From contig NC_014729.1 of assembly GCF_000172995.2 (NCBI RefSeq), forward strand, positions 2,580,001-2,612,000: DNA of 32,000 nt, given 5' to 3'. Below are positions 17,307 through 22,485 of this stretch, piece by piece. Both the position numbers and the translations under genes were made by a program. The number at the start of each line of letters is the position of its first letter. Within the stretch, counting starts at the first letter, position 1. Under the pieces are notes generated by a model that saw only the letters and a list, made by a program, of their open reading frames with translations, was not told where the DNA came from and did not search any database. Source of the DNA: Halogeometricum borinquense DSM 11551 (GTDB lineage Archaea > Halobacteriota > Halobacteria > Halobacteriales > Haloferacaceae).

Positions 17307-18206
17307 ATGAAGTCAACTACGCCGGTGCGTGGGCGGCGTAGCAAGCGGCTCAAAACCGCTGCCACAGCCGTTCGGACGGGTGGTAATGGAATCACGGGGG
17401 GAGACGGTTCTGGGCGACGGCAGAATTCCGATCAGCGGGGTGATTCGGAACTGTTAGCGCTGTCGGCCGATCCGTACGTCGATGTCGATGACGCTCACGA
17501 ACGGCTTCGGGAGTTACAGGTGGCCTTCGAGGACCGAGGGGACCGCCGTGCGATCTTCCTCTCGGTCTACTCACGGATGACTGGCGCAGTGGCCGAACGC
17601 GTTCGCCAGGGGTATTTCAATGACGCCGACTGGGTGAGAGACTACCTCGTTGTCTTTGCAAACCACTACCGTGAGGCCGTCCACGATTACGAAGCCGGCA
17701 ACACAGCGGACCTGGCCGACGCGTGGCGATTAGCATTCGACGCCGCGGTGCGCGGGGATTCACTCGTCCTCCAAGACCTTGCACTCGGCGTCAACGCGCA
17801 TATCAACTACGACCTCGCGTTGACGCTCGCGACAGTTGGTATCGAGCCGAATCGATCTCAAAAATACGCCGACCACAAAGCCGTCACTGAAATCATCCGG
17901 GACGTGTTCAATGAGGCGCAGAATTCGTTGGCAACGCGTGCTGCCCCCGGAATCAAGACACTCGACGAATCACTCGGGCGACTCGACGAGTGGCTCTGCG
18001 TGTTCACTATCGCCGAGTGTCGAGAAAGCGCGTGGCGGACAGCGGTCGCGCTTGACTCCCGATTTTCGCTTCGACGCCAAGTCGCACGCTGGACCAACGA
18101 CGCCGCTGCCACGGGTGCCGCGCACCTCATCTTGGTCTCCCAGACGAGCGAGCGCGTTCACGATACGCTCCTCATGCTCGAAGGCTCGGCGCACGAAGAC
18201 AACTGA
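17307..18206 (+). CDS. DUF5995-like protein
   Basis: ..AIFLSVYSRMT..V......F.D.DWV..Y...FANHYREA.. and ..LGVNAHINYDLA.. match my recollection of DUF5995. The start is taken at the ATG at 17307, about 25 nt after ttatattgtatta. Confidence 0.55.
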   Translation: MKSTTPVRGRRSKRLKTAATAVRTGGNGITGGDGSGRRQNSDQRGDSELLALSADPYVDVDDAHERLRELQVAFEDRGDRRAIFLSVYSRMTGAVAERVRQGYFNDADWVRDYLVVFANHYREAVHDYEAGNTADLADAWRLAFDAAVRGDSLVLQDLALGVNAHINYDLALTLATVGIEPNRSQKYADHKAVTEIIRDVFNEAQNSLATRAAPGIKTLDESLGRLDEWLCVFTIAECRESAWRTAVALDSRFSLRRQVARWTNDAAATGAAHLILVSQTSERVHDTLLMLEGSAHEDN

Positions 18207-18279
18207 GTCGAACTCCCGGCTATCCGCTTAGGCCGATGCTCGTTCCGAGAATAAATTCGTAAGCGAAGCGTCTCGTCTT

Positions 18280-18333
18280 CCGGATTCTGAACCACACTCG
18301 CTCACTCCGTTCGCTCGCTGGTTCAGAATCCGG
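18280..18333. repeat. perfect 14-bp-stem hairpin with T-arm-like arms and the CTCACTCCGTTCGC core in its loop
   Basis: ccggattctgaacc (18280-18293) and ggttcagaatccgg (18320-18333) are exact reverse complements. The 26-nt loop contains ctcactccgttcgc at 18301-18314. The arm resembles the tRNA-Phe T-arm ccggatttgaacc with one extra base. Confidence 0.9.
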
Positions 18334-18384
18334 TCGGGTCGAACTTTCAGAACCCGCCACGCTCGGTAGTCGGGTTCAGAGAAG

Positions 18385-18470
18385 TGCCGCCTCCCGGATT
18401 TGAACTTCCGGCGAGCAAGCTCGCCGACTCGCCGCTCACTCCGTTCGCGGCGACGGGGACAGCTCGATCT
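18385..18470 (-). other. truncated duplicate of the tRNA-Phe 3' half (positions ~36-73) split by a 48-49 nt structured insert
   Basis: 18385-18405 is identical to 18518-18538, and 18455-18470 is identical to 18540-18555. The intervening 18406-18454 folds into two hairpins (ggcgag/ctcgcc and tcgccgc/gcggcga). No 5' half (acceptor 5' strand or D-arm) is present. Confidence 0.85.
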
Positions 18471-18517
18471 CCCGTGAAGGACAGAAGACTCTCGAACAGA
18501 AATTGTTCGCAGGAAAA

Positions 18518-18591
18518 TGCCGCCTCCCGGATTTGAACCGGGGACAGCTCGATCTTCAGTCGAGTGCTCTCCCAGTCTGAGCTAAGGCGGC
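18518..18591 (-). tRNA. tRNA-Phe: tRNA-Phe (anticodon GAA)
   Basis: The reverse complement is GCCGCCTTAGCTCAGACTGGGAGAGCACTCGACTGAAGATCGAGCTGTCCCCGGTTCAAATCCGGGAGGCGGCA. It folds into a full cloverleaf (7-bp acceptor, CTCGA/TCGAG anticodon stem, loop CTGAAGA, CCCGG/CCGGG T stem). No CCA is encoded. An oligo-T run follows, and an A/T-rich box (tttttgaatc in gene sense) lies about 25-30 nt upstream. Confidence 0.95.
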
Positions 18592-18645
18592 GCGTTTTGA
18601 GAGAGGCCGATGATTCAAAAAAGGGTTTCGATGTGTCGCCGCGCC

Positions 18646-19182
18646 CTACGTCACTTTCCACTCATCGGTGAACGTCTCGTTGCCCGAATTCCACGTCACC
18701 GTCGTGTTCGCCGTCACATGGCCGTCGTTCCGTTTTACGGACAGTGCATCAAGCAAGCCAACCTGAACACGCTTCGTCATCGTTTTCGATTCGCCGGAAT
18801 CGAGTTCCGAGACCGATTCGTTTCCTTGCCAGACCACTGTATCCCCGGTTTCTAACTGAGTCTGAACGGTGACATCCTTCGCCATCTCATCCCCGGTATT
18901 CGTGGCGGTGATAGTCACGTTTCGACAGGTGAACCCGCAGGTCGAGATATTCCAGATATCGAACTCGAACTGCCGGTCATCAGATTGGTCCGCCGTCGAG
19001 TTGGGACTCGCGGCTGAATCGGATACGTCCTGTGGGGCCGAGGTCACTGGTGCGTCGCCGACGGATGCCTGAGCCGCCGGTATCGCACCGGCACCGATAC
19101 CCGATGCGACGACGAGGACGACGACGCCAAGCGTGAATATTCGACCGACCGTTTTGACAGAGTTCCAGCGTGGGAATGCCAT
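18646..19182 (-). CDS. secreted hypothetical protein with an Ig/CARDB-like beta-sandwich domain
   Basis: Signal peptide (..VVLVVASGIGAGAIPAAQA|S), an acidic S/T-rich linker, then ..NVTITATNTGDEMAKDVTVQTQL...ELDSGESKTMTKRV.. reminiscent of CARDB-type domains. Several N-x-S/T sequons are present. Confidence 0.55.
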   Translation of the reverse strand: MAFPRWNSVKTVGRIFTLGVVVLVVASGIGAGAIPAAQASVGDAPVTSAPQDVSDSAASPNSTADQSDDRQFEFDIWNISTCGFTCRNVTITATNTGDEMAKDVTVQTQLETGDTVVWQGNESVSELDSGESKTMTKRVQVGLLDALSVKRNDGHVTANTTVTWNSGNETFTDEWKVT

Positions 19183-19675
19183 GGCAATTGCAGAGTGGTT
19201 CTTAGTAATGAATACTGCGAGAGAATATCAATTCTGATTCTAGCAGAGATTCCTTCTTTTCATGCCGTTCTGTGAAAATTCAGACCCCCAGTCTCGATAC
19301 CGACCGATTACAGCAACTAAACCAGACATATTTCGCCTTTTCCTTGAGATTACCGGGGAAGCATGTGCAGAGATATAGTTGCGCTACTATATACTGGAGT
19401 CAATTTTTTATTTGATATCGGTATCTGAACTTCAACGATGAGTTTCACGAACTCGATACAGCCACCCAGACAGAGCATAAAAACACGCCACCGTATAGCG
19501 ATCCCAGATGCACCGAACAAAAGTGGACTCGGATGGAGTCAGGGGGAGTGCGGTCAGCGCGGCGTTCTGGTCGCAAACAGGCGAACGTACAGCAGACGGT
19601 TCCCCGCGGGAGCAACCGTAGCAGACAGCCAGTAGCGTTGAGCACTGAGTCGAACCACGGCTTCGTCAACCGACA

Positions 19676-20113
19676 TTACAGGCGGCCGCTGCCGACGTAC
19701 GCGAGTCCGAGACTCCCTACGATAATCGACGCGCTGAGTGCGGCTTCGGGCAACTGAAAGAAGTGGTCTCCGAGCGCACCGACCAGTACGAACGCTCCCG
19801 CGACGGCGGCCGGGAGTGGATGCGCCGCCAACTGCCGAACGAAAGCGCGAACCGACCAGTAGACCATCCGCAGTTGCGACGCGACAGCGGCTCCGACCGG
19901 ACGGTTCCCATCCGGATTCTCCGCCGAAACGAACCCGTCGAGGCGGTCGCGGTGAATCGTCACGATTTCACCGGTGTTGCTCCGCCGTCTGTCGGCGTCC
20001 GCAACCCGAAGGAGCGTGACCGTCTCGTCGTCGGTGCCGACAACCCGGTAGACGCCGTCCGAAACAGCTGCGTCGTCTGCCCTGTAATGGTCGTAGATGG
20101 CGGGTGCAGTCAT
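19676..20113 (-). CDS. hypothetical protein (soluble N-terminal domain plus two C-terminal TM helices)
   Basis: Acidic N-terminal ~75 aa and a hydrophobic C-terminus (..LPAAVAGAFVLVGALG.., ..SASIIVGSLGLAYVG..). Codon usage is GC-rich like the host. No recognisable family. Confidence 0.5.
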   Translation of the reverse strand: MTAPAIYDHYRADDAAVSDGVYRVVGTDDETVTLLRVADADRRRSNTGEIVTIHRDRLDGFVSAENPDGNRPVGAAVASQLRMVYWSVRAFVRQLAAHPLPAAVAGAFVLVGALGDHFFQLPEAALSASIIVGSLGLAYVGSGRL

Positions 20114-20260
20114 ATCCGAGCGGTATGTTAGCGAATGAGTATAAAGTTGCAGTCCGAGCGTGGACGCTCACTCGCTTCGTTCGTCGGGACGAACGACTGT
20201 CGATCATTGTCGTGCTTGAAACCCACAAAAAATACTCGTACGGCGATATCTCGGTGTTCG

Positions 20261-20962
20261 TTACCCCGATAGATCATCAATCGTGTAATACACCTTTATC
20301 TCACCAGGATTCCCGCGGTCTGAATCGATTGGCACGTTCTGACTGACTTCCCCGCGTGGACCGCACGCAAGGGTAATGTCCATCGTGTTACTGCCTTCGT
20401 CGGGGCGGCCGGTAAACCAATCCGATGGGGGTTCCCGTTCGGTAACTTTGGTCGTCAGCAGCTTATTCTCAGACCCTCCCTGGGGAACTTTGAAGTTATC
20501 AATCGACGCGCCAAGCGTCTGAGTCGATCCAGTGGGTAGTTTAACGCGAGTGCGTTCGGACTGGCCGCCGTGAATGTCGTGTTCGATTGTCAGCTCTAAC
20601 GCACCCTCTCCCACCCCCTGACCGCTGATAAACTCGACTTTCTCAGCACGGACTGTCACTTCACATTCGTCAGTCCAATCGTCATCGGGACTACCAGCGA
20701 TTGCACCGGTATGAACCTGCACGTGGTCGGGGTTCTCGATGTCAACTTTCTTGATCCCACCGTAGAGGCGGTATCCGTCAGCCTGACCCCATACTGTTCC
20801 GTTCACAGTGCTGCCGTTAACTTGGTCTCCTTGGCCTTTGCTGACGGAAACTCCACCTAGCCTGCCCTCGACTTTTTCGACCTGACCGGTGGCCTGAATG
20901 GTGTAGTCGGATTTTCCATTTCCTAAGCCTTCCATCACGACGTAGTGTTTTGGTTCAGCCAT
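20261..20962 (-). CDS. orphan hypothetical protein, predicted beta-rich, no signal peptide
   Basis: A clean 233-aa ORF with a strong A/T-rich TATA region (taatataatcattaataatg, gene sense) directly upstream. It is G/T/V/Q-rich and visibly lower in GC than its neighbours. I recognise no domain. Confidence 0.5.
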   Translation of the reverse strand: MAEPKHYVVMEGLGNGKSDYTIQATGQVEKVEGRLGGVSVSKGQGDQVNGSTVNGTVWGQADGYRLYGGIKKVDIENPDHVQVHTGAIAGSPDDDWTDECEVTVRAEKVEFISGQGVGEGALELTIEHDIHGGQSERTRVKLPTGSTQTLGASIDNFKVPQGGSENKLLTTKVTEREPPSDWFTGRPDEGSNTMDITLACGPRGEVSQNVPIDSDRGNPGEIKVYYTIDDLSG

Positions 20963-21163
20963 ATCACATCACACATTATTAATGATTATATTACTAACAC
21001 TTGGTTTTTATGCCCGTCCTTCACAAGCACATCGCTGGCAAGTCAGAGAACTGTTCGGTGAGCGTGTCGAACGACCTCTTTTCGGGGGTTGCAGAAGAGT
21101 TGTCGGCGGAGTTGGACGGCTCGCAAAGATGTGAAACTCACTGCTCAAAACGTGCAGAATGGA

Positions 21164-21389
21164 TGGGCTCGGGCGGAGTCGAACCTCGGTCGCTCCACTC
21201 ACTCCGTTCGCTTTGCTCCCTGATTCGACTCCTTGTCGTCCACTCAGACCACGGACGACTTGCTATCGCTCGCAGATTTCAGTGGGCTCGGGCGGAGTCG
21301 AACCACGAGGACGTTGCTTCGCTCGTCCTCTGGGTTCCATCCGACCTCTCGTCGCAGAAATCCTGCTCGCTGTCGCTCGCAGATTTCAG
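21164..21389 (-). repeat. two tandem truncated copies of the tRNA-Val 3' end (T-arm, acceptor 3' strand and trailer) with hairpin-rich spacers
   Basis: tgggctcgggcggagtcgaacc occurs at 21164-21185, 21283-21304 and within the gene at 21390-21411. A 40-nt block, tcgctcgcagatttcagtgggctcgggcggagtcgaacca, is repeated exactly at 21266-21305 and 21373-21412. Spacer hairpins are 21175-21183/21224-21232, 21235-21241/21253-21259 and 21307-21313/21324-21330. Confidence 0.9.
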
Positions 21390-21462
21390 TGGGCTCGGGC
21401 GGAGTCGAACCACCGATCTCTTCCTTGTAAGGGAAGCGTCATGACCACTAGACCACGAGCCC
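21390..21462 (-). tRNA. tRNA-Val: tRNA-Val (anticodon UAC)
   Basis: The reverse complement is GGGCTCGTGGTCTAGTGGTCATGACGCTTCCCTTACAAGGAAGAGATCGGTGGTTCGACTCCGCCCGAGCCCA. It folds into a cloverleaf with CTTCC/GGAAG anticodon stem, loop CTTACAA and GGTGG/CCGCC T stem. Confidence 0.93.
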
Positions 21463-21552
21463 GCACGTCGAACGAAACCGCACATGCGGATAACGGTTTC
21501 CAATTCGTTTCGGTGGCGGAAGCGTTAGGTCCGCGCCATCCGTGGCCCCGGT

Positions 21553-22056
21553 ATGACCGCCTTACGGGACAGGCTCGGCCCCGTCATACTTGCTGTGTTC
21601 ATCGTCGCCTCCGTAGCGGCGGTGGTCGTCGCGTTCAACCCGACGGTTCTCCCCGGCGGCGACCAGTACAACCGGACGACTGTTTCTCTCATCTCCGACG
21701 GCGAACGGGTGGCCGAAGTGAACGTACGAGTCGCGGATACGTACGAAAAACGGTACACTGGGCTCAGCGCCACCGAATCGCTCGGAACGAACGAAGGAAT
21801 GCTGTTCGTCCACGACAGCGAGGGCGAGTACTCCTACGTCATGCGTGACATGGCGTTCCCCCTCGACATCGTCTTCATCGACGCAGATGGTACTATCACA
21901 GCAATTCACCACGCCGAACTCCCGCCCGAGGGAACGCCGGACGGCGGACTGAAGCACTACACCGGGACCGGCAAATACGTACTCGAAGTCCCGTACGGCT
22001 ACACGAACGAGACGGGCGTCGAAGTCGGCGATACGGTTCGCATCGAGAACTACTGA
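21553..22056 (+). CDS. DUF192 domain protein with an N-terminal membrane anchor
   Basis: ..GLS......EGMLFV......YVMRDMAFPLDIVFID.DG.I.. is the DUF192 signature. An N-terminal TM helix is present. Confidence 0.8.
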   Translation: MTALRDRLGPVILAVFIVASVAAVVVAFNPTVLPGGDQYNRTTVSLISDGERVAEVNVRVADTYEKRYTGLSATESLGTNEGMLFVHDSEGEYSYVMRDMAFPLDIVFIDADGTITAIHHAELPPEGTPDGGLKHYTGTGKYVLEVPYGYTNETGVEVGDTVRIENY

Positions 22057-22114
22057 AGCCGGGCGACCGTCCGAGAAGCGAAACGACGAGGTGCGACGAG
22101 ACGCGAGTGGGAGT

Positions 22115-22405
22115 ATGAGCGACGACGCTGACGACACCGGTTCTGACACCGCCGCCCTCGCCGAACTCGACGGCTGGCGTGCCGAAGGGTTCGCCGCCCG
22201 TGTTCACTACCGCGGTGCAGACGACCGGTACAGTATCGAGTACTACGAACCCTCCGAGTGCGTCGTCTACTGGAAGGTGAAAGGCGACGGCGAGACGGCC
22301 GTCCCCGTCGGACGCGACACGGTTCCAAACCCGCTCCGGACGCGCATCCGCGAGGATTTATCCGCCGCCGGAATCGACCCCGAGATCGAGTCTCGGCAAC
22401 TCTAG
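22115..22405 (+). CDS. small acidic hypothetical protein
   Basis: The ORF has haloarchaeal composition (MSDDADDTGSD...). An oligo-T run (ctgttttttc, 22414-22423) follows the stop. No recognisable family. Confidence 0.5.
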   Translation: MSDDADDTGSDTAALAELDGWRAEGFAARVHYRGADDRYSIEYYEPSECVVYWKVKGDGETAVPVGRDTVPNPLRTRIREDLSAAGIDPEIESRQL

Positions 22406-22485
22406 GTCGGACTGTTTTTTCAACTACCGGACTATTTCGATTCGTAACGAACGCTTTAGTGTGACTAACCCTTCAAGAGTGTGTA

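Noticed and set aside
18385-18470. Possibility that the interrupted tRNA-Phe copy is a functional tRNA with a non-canonical intron in the T-arm, or one half of a split tRNA.
   Set aside because: No acceptor 5' strand, D-arm or anticodon stem 5' strand follows it. The sequence upstream in gene sense (18471-18517) is unrelated trailer, and I could not see a bulge-helix-bulge motif at the insert borders.
19648-19660. A 13-nt match (gagtcgaaccacg) to the tRNA-Val remnant, considered as evidence for another tRNA gene or fragment.
   Set aside because: The flanks show no further similarity (about 3 of 11 upstream positions match) and no T-stem pairing, so it is not a tRNA. I keep it only as a weak possible att-core remnant in the island finding.
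19438-19669. ORFs 19438..19635(+) and 19445..19669(-) in the AT-rich gap, considered as real genes.
   Set aside because: Their translations are basic or Cys-rich, lack acidic character, overlap each other on opposite strands and have no obvious promoter-to-start spacing.
21283-21389. Possibility that tRNA-Val remnant copy B, with its 7-bp hairpin just 5' of the T-arm, is a class II tRNA with a long variable arm.
   Set aside because: No sequence complementary to the acceptor 3' strand (GGGCTCG) and no D-arm or anticodon arm exist upstream in gene sense. The first T-stem pair is also broken.
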